Of a stretch of 64,000 nt of DNA, positions 48,057-57,337 are shown one piece after another. Position numbers and translations under genes: made by a program. Source of the stretch: Candidatus Borrarchaeum weybense (GTDB taxonomy: Archaea; Asgardarchaeota; Sifarchaeia; Borrarchaeales; Borrarchaeaceae); assembly GCA_019057385.1 (NCBI GenBank), contig JAHQJS010000007.1, forward strand, positions 448,001 to 512,000. Direction: 5' to 3'. The notes under the pieces are model-generated. The model saw nothing but the letters and a program-made list of their open reading frames with translations, was not told the DNA's origin and made no database searches. How positions within the stretch are numbered: position 1 is the first letter of the stretch; the number at the start of each line of letters is the position of its first letter.

Positions 48057-49652
48057 CTAAATTATTGAGTTATTAGGAAAGATACGTTTAATCGTCCCTT
48101 TTACTTTCAACAAGCGTAATAATAAATTGAGATTACCCTTTTGAAGTATTGTACTTATAATATCCCCCATTTTTTCAAATGAAATAATACCGGCCTTTTT
48201 TATTCTGCTAATACCTTCAAGTCGTATTTGATTTAAAAATAAACTAACACGATCTGCTAATTGTTTGGACTTAAACTCTGTTGTCTTAATCATTGGCTTT
48301 GGATTATAGAAATTATCAGCAAGTAAATAGTTTTTTGGTGTTGGATCAAAGGCAAAGAGGTTATTTTCTTTACACTCTGTGAATAAACGGGTACCATGTA
48401 AGGGTATTGCATAGTTCATGTATATTGAAACGTTATATTTTCTTTTTAGATAAGAGGCAAAATCAAAGGTTCTTTTCATAGTTTTCTCTGTCTCCCCAGG
48501 CAACCCTGTGACATAAAAGGCAGAAAGTTTCATGTTTAATTCATTACAAATCTTTGCCACTTTAATTACTTGCTGCAGGTTCAGTTTCTTTCCAATTACA
48601 TTATTTAAAACATTTTGATCTCCAGATTCAACACCGATGATAAGTTCTTTGCATCCAGCTAGTTTCATCTTTCTCAAGATTTCTCTATCTAAAGTATCTG
48701 CCCTTACTCCGTTTGGAGTTGTCCAAATAATGTCCATTCTTTCAGAAATAATTCCATCAAGAATTCTGTGAATTCTTCTCTTATTGAACGTAAGATTGTC
48801 ATCTTCAAATTGAATTTCTTCAATTCCATAATTTTTTATTAGAATTCTTAATTCTTCTAGAACGTTTTCAGGACTTCTGGCCCTCCATTTTCTACCCCAG
48901 AATGACGGGATAGCACAAAAGAAACAATTAAATGGACATCCTCGACTAGTAACTACACTCATCCATTTGTATTTAATAGCTTTTCTTGAGGAGAGATTTA
49001 CTGGTTTTCCATTAATGTTACGAAGTTTAGTTTTTCCTTTACTTGTTGCATTAAAATAGTTTTCCAGATTTAAAAGATCAATCGCTGGAAAAGGTAGTGT
49101 ATCTAAATTCTCTATATATCCTTTTATTTCATTAACACGTATCTGTCCATTCACATCTTTGTAAACTAATCCATCAATATTGAGGAATCTATTATCTTTC
49201 TTTAAAGATTTAATTAAATCAAGAAATCGAAATTCCCCTTCACCCATTATAACGAAATCAACATTTGGATCAATTATTGATTCTTTAGGCATGCTAGCGG
49301 CAAAAGATCCTCCCAAGATCGTTTTTATATTGGGATCAACTGATTTGACTAATTGTGCTACTTTATGAGCATTTGGGGATTGAGTAACAAAAGGATCAGA
49401 GATTCCTACAATATCGGGTGAGTATTTCAAAATAATCTTTGTGATTTTTTCCCATGATTCGCCAAAATGAATTAAATTATCGCCTAAATAATTGGAATGT
49501 AAGAAATTCGAAGCCAGAGCATCATATATCTTAATATCGTAGCCATTTTTTTGTAAAACACCTCCGATGTATGCTAAACCTATCGGCCAACCGATTTGTG
49601 GCAGTTGAGGATAGACAAGTGTGTGTGGAGGATTAATTAGCATGACTTTCAA
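48057..49652 (-). CDS. Cobalamin-dependent radical SAM protein (class B methyltransferase/BchE-like)
   Basis: LINPP..PIGLAY, GEGE, TSRGCPFNCFFC (CX3CX2C), GVESG, GLPGET. Confidence 0.92.
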   Translation of the reverse strand: MKVMLINPPHTLVYPQLPQIGWPIGLAYIGGVLQKNGYDIKIYDALASNFLHSNYLGDNLIHFGESWEKITKIILKYSPDIVGISDPFVTQSPNAHKVAQLVKSVDPNIKTILGGSFAASMPKESIIDPNVDFVIMGEGEFRFLDLIKSLKKDNRFLNIDGLVYKDVNGQIRVNEIKGYIENLDTLPFPAIDLLNLENYFNATSKGKTKLRNINGKPVNLSSRKAIKYKWMSVVTSRGCPFNCFFCAIPSFWGRKWRARSPENVLEELRILIKNYGIEEIQFEDDNLTFNKRRIHRILDGIISERMDIIWTTPNGVRADTLDREILRKMKLAGCKELIIGVESGDQNVLNNVIGKKLNLQQVIKVAKICNELNMKLSAFYVTGLPGETEKTMKRTFDFASYLKRKYNVSIYMNYAIPLHGTRLFTECKENNLFAFDPTPKNYLLADNFYNPKPMIKTTEFKSKQLADRVSLFLNQIRLEGISRIKKAGIISFEKMGDIISTILQKGNLNLLLRLLKVKGTIKRIFPNNSII

Positions 49653-49740
49653 AGAAATTCATCCATTTCAAATTATAAACCCTTTAAACTCATTACTGAA
49701 TAAAAGAAATTATATTGAATAATAGACATTACCATTCAAA

Positions 49741-50742
49741 CTAGGACACTTTATTAACTGGCATATTCTTTTCGGAAGATAACATAATCATCTTAGCAAC
49801 TTCCAGGTTCTTCAGTCCCTCATTTCCATCAGTAAGCGGAGTTTTATTTGATATAATGCAATTTAGAAAATGCTCTAGTTCAAGTTTGAGCGGTTCATTT
49901 TTTGCAACGAACGGTCTTCCAATGATTGTGTTGCTATATTTAAGAATCTGATTCTTAGATGCCTTATGACCTTCTTTTTCAAGATTCCCATATATCGTGA
50001 TGTCTTGATTAATGAAGTCAATTTCTGCATATCCTTTTGTTCCTGTAATGTGCATTGTGCGTATTTGAGTTGGAGTAAATAAATTAGATTCAATGATGCC
50101 TGATACTCCATTCTCAAACTCTAATATAGCGGACACATAATCCTCAAGTTCTGAAAGTATTGATTTAGTCTTAGAGTAGACTGATTTGACTTCATGTTCT
50201 ACTAAGAATCTCATAACGTCTATATCATGAATAGAAAAGTCTACCACAACATCAAAAATAGCCCTCTGTCCAGGCTTATAGTAGCCAACTCTTTTTGAAG
50301 AAAGAGATACTATTTCACCTAAAAAATCCTCTGTTAATAACTCTTTTAGTTTAAGAACTGCTGGATTGAAACGTTCAATATGTCCTACCATCAAGAGTAT
50401 GCCATTTCTTTTACTTAACTCAATCATATTTTTTGCTTGTTCTAGATTTGATGAAATGGGTTTTTCTACAAGAACGTGTTTTTTCGAATTCAATATGTTC
50501 TTACAGATCTCATAATGAGTTGATGTCGGTGCTGAGACACTTATAGCATCAACCTCTTCTTCTTGTAGCAACTGTAGATAGTTTGAATACCAATTTATAT
50601 TGAACTTTTTGCCAATTTCTTTTGCCTTTTGAGAATCTATATCTGCTATTGCAACTAATTCTGAGTCTTTAAGTTCACTATATAGCCTAACATGATTCTT
50701 ACCCATGCTACCTACGCCTACTACTGCAGTCTTAACCTTCAG
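49741..50742 (-). CDS. Gfo/Idh/MocA oxidoreductase, UDP-GlcNAc(A) 3-dehydrogenase-like (paralog of 19492-20475)
   Basis: HVLVEKP, VGHIERFNPA, IHDIDVMRFL. The Rossmann motif VVGVGSMG lies upstream of ATG 50706, so the start is placed at CTG 50742 after GGAGG. Confidence 0.88.
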   Translation of the reverse strand: MKVKTAVVGVGSMGKNHVRLYSELKDSELVAIADIDSQKAKEIGKKFNINWYSNYLQLLQEEEVDAISVSAPTSTHYEICKNILNSKKHVLVEKPISSNLEQAKNMIELSKRNGILLMVGHIERFNPAVLKLKELLTEDFLGEIVSLSSKRVGYYKPGQRAIFDVVVDFSIHDIDVMRFLVEHEVKSVYSKTKSILSELEDYVSAILEFENGVSGIIESNLFTPTQIRTMHITGTKGYAEIDFINQDITIYGNLEKEGHKASKNQILKYSNTIIGRPFVAKNEPLKLELEHFLNCIISNKTPLTDGNEGLKNLEVAKMIMLSSEKNMPVNKVS

Positions 50743-50834
50743 AGCCCTTCCTCCAGTTTTACTTTCTTGATAAATTGTAGATCGTCTAGGTTATTTTAAT
50801 ACAATAAGGAGTTGGATCTAATAAAAAACCAAAA

Positions 50835-51770
50835 TTAGAATCTTTTAGATAGATAATTAACTTCATCCTTAATTCCATCTTTTATATGGACAGTGGGGTT
50901 ATATCCAAGCATTTCTCTAATCTTAGAAATATTTGCTATTCTCTGTTGCACAATATTTTGGGCTTTTCTATACTCTGGCTGAATGTCTATTCCAGTGATG
51001 TCCTTAAGAAGGTTCAATAGTTCTTTGATTGAAAGTGAAGTTTGACTTCCCACATTGAATACCTCATTATAGATATCACTTTCCATTCCCAAAATATTTG
51101 CCTGCACCACATCAAATACATGTACAAAATCAATTGATTGTGAACCATCTCCAAATAGAACAGGCTTTGTCCTTGTTAACAATTTCTTGAAAAACTCAAC
51201 GATTACTGGCTTATAGTACTCATCTGACGTTTGTCGGATTCCATACACGGTAAAATTTCGGAAAATGATATATTTCAGACCAGATTGAGAAAAAAATCTG
51301 AAATAATATTCACTAGCAAGTTTGCTTATGCTGTAAAGCGTAATTGGATTAAGAGGATGTTGTTCATCTATTGGTTGATAAATAGGGATACCATAAACTG
51401 TAGCCGAAGATGAAAACATCACTTTTTCAACGGTGGCTTCTAATGATGCTTTTATAACGTTTAGTGTACCTTGAAGATTGCATGAAACACTTGCATCTGG
51501 AAAAGCATTACAGTAGTTTGCACAAACCGCAACTTCGTGAAAGACATATTGACTATCTTTAATTACATCCTTTAGAAGATCAAATTCAAGAATATCTCCA
51601 TTGACAATTGTAATTTTATCCTCTACGTTTTTTAAATTTTCTCTTCGGCCACGTGAGAAATTATCATAAACAAATACATCATAACCTCTATTAACAAGTT
51701 CTTCAACTAAATGAGAGCCGATAAATCCTGCTCCACCTGTAACGACAACTTTCTTCGATGACGAACTCAT
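50835..51770 (-). CDS. NAD-dependent nucleotide-sugar epimerase/dehydratase (extended SDR)
   Basis: TGGAGFIG, SSSATVYG, YSISK (YxxxK). Confidence 0.93.
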   Translation of the reverse strand: MSSSSKKVVVTGGAGFIGSHLVEELVNRGYDVFVYDNFSRGRRENLKNVEDKITIVNGDILEFDLLKDVIKDSQYVFHEVAVCANYCNAFPDASVSCNLQGTLNVIKASLEATVEKVMFSSSATVYGIPIYQPIDEQHPLNPITLYSISKLASEYYFRFFSQSGLKYIIFRNFTVYGIRQTSDEYYKPVIVEFFKKLLTRTKPVLFGDGSQSIDFVHVFDVVQANILGMESDIYNEVFNVGSQTSLSIKELLNLLKDITGIDIQPEYRKAQNIVQQRIANISKIREMLGYNPTVHIKDGIKDEVNYLSKRF

Positions 51771-51792
51771 AGGTTTTTCATTCCCTTCAATA

Positions 51793-52983
51793 TTATTGAT
51801 TCTTTTGTATATTCTTTAAAGCATTTGCAACGAATTCAACTTGGTCTAATGTCATATGGTGAAAGAGAGGAAGAGTCAAACTGTTTCTGAAAGCTATAGA
51901 AGAGTTTATTAGGTTTTTCGGATTGAAATTTAAACGTTTGTAGCATGGTTGTAAGTGGAGAGAATATGTACCAATTTGTGATTCAATACCCCTTTGAGCC
52001 ATTAATTCAATCACTTTATCTCTATTAACTCCAAATTTTTCATCTAATAGTATAACATAGGATTGATATGTATGTGTTACATGAGGTTCAATATGGGGAG
52101 GAATTATCCCTTCTACATCTGAAAGCAATTCTGTATAGACTTTAGATATCTCTTTTCTCTTTTCAAGGATTTTATCAATTTTCTTAAGCTGTATACGACC
52201 GATTGCCGCAAGAACATCACTTAATCTGTAATTGAAGCCAGGATGAGTAAAATATACTTTGTTAGATACAATGCGGATACCAAAATCTTTCATTGAATGT
52301 GCGATCTTTACATATTCATCATTATCAGTAACGAGCATGCCACCTTCCCCGGTAGTCAGAAGTTTTCTGGCATGAAAACTGAAACAGCCAATATCACCGA
52401 AAGTTCCTGCTTTCTTTCCCTTGTAAAGCGTTCCAATTGCACATGCTGCATCTTCGATTATGGATAAGTCATATTTCTCTGCAATTTCCAAAATTGTTGA
52501 CATTTCAGCTGGATAACCAAATAAATGGACAACAATAATGGATTTTGTATTTTCAGTAATCGCATCTTCTAATTTAGCTGGATCTAGATTGAATGTCTTA
52601 AGATCAATATCAACTAAGATTGGTTTTGCTCCCACATGAAATACTACATGACCTGTTGCAGGATATGTGAAGTCAGGCACAATAACCTCATCGCCGGGGC
52701 CTATTCCAAGACAAACTAAGGCAAGATGTAAAGCTGTGGTACATGATGAAACAGCAGAAGCATGTTTAATTCCTAGATATTCTGTAAATTCACTCTCAAA
52801 TAATTTGGCTGTAGGTCCTTTTGCGAGATATCCACTCTGGAAAACTTTCCAAACTGCTTCAAGTTCTTCCTTATCAATGAATGGTCGAATTAATGGAATT
52901 TTTTTGGTCTTATTCTTTTCTGTGGCACTAATTTCCTTCAAAATTTCCTCTTCAAAATCTGTAGTCTTCATATAATCTACCAC
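51793..52983 (-). CDS. DegT/DnrJ/EryC1/StrS PLP aminotransferase
   Basis: SSCTTALH, EDAACAIG, SFHARK, TGEGG. Confidence 0.93.
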   Translation of the reverse strand: MVDYMKTTDFEEEILKEISATEKNKTKKIPLIRPFIDKEELEAVWKVFQSGYLAKGPTAKLFESEFTEYLGIKHASAVSSCTTALHLALVCLGIGPGDEVIVPDFTYPATGHVVFHVGAKPILVDIDLKTFNLDPAKLEDAITENTKSIIVVHLFGYPAEMSTILEIAEKYDLSIIEDAACAIGTLYKGKKAGTFGDIGCFSFHARKLLTTGEGGMLVTDNDEYVKIAHSMKDFGIRIVSNKVYFTHPGFNYRLSDVLAAIGRIQLKKIDKILEKRKEISKVYTELLSDVEGIIPPHIEPHVTHTYQSYVILLDEKFGVNRDKVIELMAQRGIESQIGTYSLHLQPCYKRLNFNPKNLINSSIAFRNSLTLPLFHHMTLDQVEFVANALKNIQKNQ

Positions 52984-53143
52984 ATTCGTAAATTATGTTA
53001 TCAGTTCATTCCAGTCTGTATGAAATATATAAAATATTGATCATAGACTTGCTCTTTTACTTATTATTTAAGCACGAATTTCTCTTTTTAATATACTATG
53101 AAATCACTTAGTTTATGGAAATCAAAGATTAAATGGGGTACTT

Positions 53144-54508
53144 ATGAGAGGTCAAAAATTAACTGTGGGAATTGTCAGCACAAATAAATTTCTTACTAAT
53201 ATCGTAAAAGAAATTTTACACCACCTAGGTATATCCTTTGAGGAAATAGACAACAAGACTCCAGTTAATTTCCCTTGCGTCATTTTACCGGTTCAGAAAG
53301 AAGAAGATTTTTCGATTGCCTCCAAATTATGTCAAAACGAGGAAAATATTTTAGTATTTGACAACATATGTTCAATTAAGAGTTTTTGTTTGGCATTGGG
53401 GGGCTTTTTAGATCAAGGTCAAATTGCAAATAGATCTATTGAACCCAAATTAAGTGTTATTGAATTTAAATTGCTAGAGAATATTAAAGATTGCTTTTTT
53501 AGACTGGATCTTCCTTTAATCAGAAAATGGTATTGGCCAAGTTTTACAGACGCTTGCTTTGTGGTTACCCATGATATTGATTCTTTAGATCCAATTCTTC
53601 GATTTTCAGAATTAAAAGGGAAAATTGGTCTCAATTGGTTAAAATTTATTTTTAATTTCATACGAAAAAGAACAGGTCAGGAAATATTCAAACTTGTACG
53701 TGAAGAGAATAGAAGACAGATCAAATCAACTTTCCTTTTTTTTCCAGATTATGGAAAAGATCATAACAAATTTTTAGCTATTCTTGATCTCTTAAAACGG
53801 ATGAACTTTGAAATAGGCTTACATGCTTCTGAGTTCTCTTATTGCAACCAAAACATACTCGAGAACGAAAAGAAACAACTAGAAGAACTTGTTGATTCTG
53901 ATCTTAAAGGCATTAGACAACATCAATTAAACTTTCTTCCACCATTTACTTGGAGATATCAAGAAAAGATTGGTTTTAATTACGATTTATCATTTTCACA
54001 TAACATTGATTTTGGTTTTAGAAGTGACATATGCTTTCCTTACCATCCAATTGACATTATTGAGAAAAAAAGATTTAATCTAATAGAAATACCAACATCT
54101 TTTATGGATTGGACAGCCCTTTACAAAGATATAAACTACGATGAGATCTGGAGCATCCTAATGAAGTTAGATGATACTATTGAAAAACTTCATGGGTGTT
54201 TTGTGGTTAATTTTCACAATTCATATCAAAATCAGAATTTCCCCTTAATTGAAAGGCTTTATTCTCAATTATTGGATCATGTAACTAAGAAGAATTATTG
54301 GATCACTACTGCTGGAGAATGTACTTCATGGTGGCTAAAAAGAGAGAAGACAGAGTTAAGTGCCTTTTTTCTTAAAAACACAATAAAAGGGAATATTTCT
54401 TCTCCTTTACCAATTGTTATCGAAACAACTGACGAAATCATTAAGTTAGATCTAAAGAAAACTAGTTTTTCAATTAAGTTGAATGATAATGTTAATAATC
54501 CAAAATAA
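53144..54508 (+). CDS. Polysaccharide deacetylase-like protein (NodB/CE4 fold)
   Basis: WYWP..VTHDID, EIGLH, GIRQH, GFR..C.PY, EIPTSFMD, NFH. Confidence 0.85.
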   Translation: MRGQKLTVGIVSTNKFLTNIVKEILHHLGISFEEIDNKTPVNFPCVILPVQKEEDFSIASKLCQNEENILVFDNICSIKSFCLALGGFLDQGQIANRSIEPKLSVIEFKLLENIKDCFFRLDLPLIRKWYWPSFTDACFVVTHDIDSLDPILRFSELKGKIGLNWLKFIFNFIRKRTGQEIFKLVREENRRQIKSTFLFFPDYGKDHNKFLAILDLLKRMNFEIGLHASEFSYCNQNILENEKKQLEELVDSDLKGIRQHQLNFLPPFTWRYQEKIGFNYDLSFSHNIDFGFRSDICFPYHPIDIIEKKRFNLIEIPTSFMDWTALYKDINYDEIWSILMKLDDTIEKLHGCFVVNFHNSYQNQNFPLIERLYSQLLDHVTKKNYWITTAGECTSWWLKREKTELSAFFLKNTIKGNISSPLPIVIETTDEIIKLDLKKTSFSIKLNDNVNNPK

Positions 54509-54512
54509 TATT

Positions 54513-55772
54513 TCATTGAATCGAATTAGTTCGGGCTTCGTTTTTTAAATTCAAGATTTGGTAATAACAACGGATATATTCATCTGCGATCGCTGACCAT
54601 TCGTACTTCTTAATTACTTCTTTCGAATTTACTGCGATACGCGTTCGTAACTCTTCATTTTCCCAAAGTTCAACGATTCTTTTCCCAATTTCATCAGGAT
54701 TCAAAGACACTAAGACACCATTTATGTTGTCTTTTATTACTTCTTTAAAGTCACCTACATCTGGTGCTATAACGGGTTTTCCTGCTGCTAATGCCTCAAA
54801 TAAGGTAACTCCAAAAGATTTTGAACGGTATGGAAGTATGCAGAAATCTGCGCCTTTGATATATGACAATGTTTTTTCGTGACTTAGCTCACCAAAATCT
54901 TTTAAATTTTTGATCTTTAGTCTCTTTATTAGATTAGAAACGTCAACATCAGATTCTGACCCAATAAGGTACATTTTAGCTGTTGGAATTTTTTGTTCAA
55001 TTCTTTTAAATGCTTTTAATGCGATATCTGTCCCTTTTATCTTAGAATAAAGTCCTACAAATAATATAGAGGGATCTCCTTCTAAATTAATTTTTGGAAC
55101 GTCTTTGAACAAACTTAGATCTATACCAAAAGGAATAACTTTAACATTTTTTTCTGAAAGTTTTTCTTTCTTGATTATTTTTTGTAAAGTACTAGAATAT
55201 ATTGTCTTTAAATTGTAAAATTTCCAAGAAACTTTGAAAGCAATAATACTCAAATATATTAGAAATTTAAATAATTTGTTGCGTTCAGCATCCGTAGCAT
55301 TATAAAAAGGACCTCCTTTTAGAAAATTTTTGCACCCTATCAAATTATAATCGTAGCAAGAAAGTACCGTCTTCCTTCCTCGAAGTTTTGCAAGAAGTGG
55401 ATATAAAAAAAAGAATTCACTTAATCCCGTTGTTTTAAAATGAAGAATGTCATAATTTCTAGATAAAATAGGCTTAATTTGTTTAAAAAAGAGCTTTATA
55501 GTCCTAAATATTGCCAATCTAATTGGATTTCTCCATTTATCTAATGACGTGTCTATTATGGGATTTATTTTAAGTTTCTTGATCTTATTTTCTTCTATAT
55601 GTTTCTGAACTTTTTTTAAAGAAATAGATGGGTCAATCTTAAAAATAATTTCAACATGATGACCTTTCTTTGCTAAAAACCTTGGAAGAAAATATGTGAG
55701 ATGGGAGATTCCGCCAACATTAAACGGAAATGAAGAATCCGAGTACATAAGGATATTTAGCCGCTTTTTCAT
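54513..55772 (-). CDS. GT4 glycosyltransferase
   Basis: VGGIS, ILFVG..KIKG, KSFGVTLFEALA. Confidence 0.92.
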   Translation of the reverse strand: MKKRLNILMYSDSSFPFNVGGISHLTYFLPRFLAKKGHHVEIIFKIDPSISLKKVQKHIEENKIKKLKINPIIDTSLDKWRNPIRLAIFRTIKLFFKQIKPILSRNYDILHFKTTGLSEFFFLYPLLAKLRGRKTVLSCYDYNLIGCKNFLKGGPFYNATDAERNKLFKFLIYLSIIAFKVSWKFYNLKTIYSSTLQKIIKKEKLSEKNVKVIPFGIDLSLFKDVPKINLEGDPSILFVGLYSKIKGTDIALKAFKRIEQKIPTAKMYLIGSESDVDVSNLIKRLKIKNLKDFGELSHEKTLSYIKGADFCILPYRSKSFGVTLFEALAAGKPVIAPDVGDFKEVIKDNINGVLVSLNPDEIGKRIVELWENEELRTRIAVNSKEVIKKYEWSAIADEYIRCYYQILNLKNEARTNSIQ

Positions 55773-55925
55773 TCAATAAAACCTCAATATAACAATCTAA
55801 ATCCACTTGATTTATCTTAAAAGATTTGAATTTTCTTTAAAAAAAAGAGTATCCTCAGTTATTAAAACTTTAATGATTCCTGAGAAATTATAAGAATTAT
55901 CTTGAATTAAGATCATAATGTAATA

Positions 55926-57152
55926 ATGAGATTTAAATCCTTAGAGACTTCAATTGGTGGTTTCATTTTGAAAATACTGATTTACGCAGATACGTATTTC
56001 CCTACTTATGTAGGGGGAGGAGAAATTTTTTTGGATAAATTGACTAAAGAATTAGTAAAAAGAGGTTTTGATTTTCTTTTAATTACTAACAAACTAGAAC
56101 AGAATGTAAAACGTAGTGAACGAGATAATGGTCTAACGATTTTACGTGTACCTCCTGAATCATTCTATATTCCCAAATCACTTCTAAAGAAGGCCTTTTT
56201 TCAAATTAAAAAATTAATCCGTGAAATACTCAAATTTTTCGTTTTCTTTATTCAATTTCTTAATTATAAACCACATATTTTCTTCATTAACGGACCTACT
56301 ATAACGGTTCTTCCCTCTATTTTGCCGATCTCTTCTAAAATAAAAGCATGGAAACTTATTAAAAGAATCTTTTCACCTTTTACCGTTGTAATCTGCCATG
56401 CTCTCACAAGGCCCTATGGAAGTTTTCTAGAACAAGATTTGAGTGATTTTCGTGAAGCGGATATTTTAGTTTACGTCGATAAGTGGATGGAACCCTATTT
56501 GAAAAATATTCCAAAAATTTGGATACCTAATGGTGTAGACACTAATCTTTTTTCTCCAAGTCCCCTTCAATATTCTCATAAGATATTATCAGTAGGCAGA
56601 CTTTGTCATGATAGAGGAACCGATCTTCTGTTGAATGCGATTCCTAATTTAGTTAAGAGGTTTCCTGATATTAAGGTTCAACTTATTGGGTGGGGAGATC
56701 TGCAAATATATAAAAAAATTGTTAAAAATCTAAAAATTAGCGATAATGTGGAATTTATGGGGAAAATTCCGAATGAGGAACTTATAGACTATTATAGAGA
56801 TGCATACATTGTCGTAAACGCTGCAAGAGTAAGAGGGATACACATAGCCACATTAGAAGCAATGGCTTGTGGCAGAGCATGCATAAAATCCTATTATAAA
56901 CCAGATCATAAAATCATTGAAGATCTTAAGAATGGTTTTTTATTTAATGGCGAAGATGTTGCAGAATTAGTCAATAAAATTGAATTTAGTTTTGATAACT
57001 ATAATTTGGTCAAAAAAATATCTGCAAAAGCACGAGAAAAAGCTGAAAAGTTTAGTTTCACCACAAATGCACTAAAGTATGAAAACTTGTTTAATAAAAT
57101 TGCTAAATACATTCTAAGAAATGAAAAAGTTTCACATTTTAGCGAAAATTGA
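55926..57152 (+). CDS. GT4 glycosyltransferase
   Basis: YFPTYVGGGE, IPNGVD, SVGRL, RGIHIATLEAMA. The true start is probably TTG (LKILIY) after GGTGG. Confidence 0.92.
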   Translation: MRFKSLETSIGGFILKILIYADTYFPTYVGGGEIFLDKLTKELVKRGFDFLLITNKLEQNVKRSERDNGLTILRVPPESFYIPKSLLKKAFFQIKKLIREILKFFVFFIQFLNYKPHIFFINGPTITVLPSILPISSKIKAWKLIKRIFSPFTVVICHALTRPYGSFLEQDLSDFREADILVYVDKWMEPYLKNIPKIWIPNGVDTNLFSPSPLQYSHKILSVGRLCHDRGTDLLLNAIPNLVKRFPDIKVQLIGWGDLQIYKKIVKNLKISDNVEFMGKIPNEELIDYYRDAYIVVNAARVRGIHIATLEAMACGRACIKSYYKPDHKIIEDLKNGFLFNGEDVAELVNKIEFSFDNYNLVKKISAKAREKAEKFSFTTNALKYENLFNKIAKYILRNEKVSHFSEN

Positions 57153-57337
57153 AAGAAATGTGCCTTAGATGCAAAACGCCAATCTAGAGATAGCATTACA
57201 TTTAAAAATCTCTTTATTGAGTTTAATTCTTATGTTTTCAATCGTGTAAATATTGAACTTTGAAATAGTCGTAATAAAGAGAAAAACTCATCACGATCTA
57301 AAAATATTTAAGTCTATGATTTTATTTCGCTGATATC

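Noticed and set aside
48057-49652. Specific assignment as GDGT ring synthase or BchE
   Set aside because: Family motifs alone cannot resolve function, and the gene context points to sugar tailoring.
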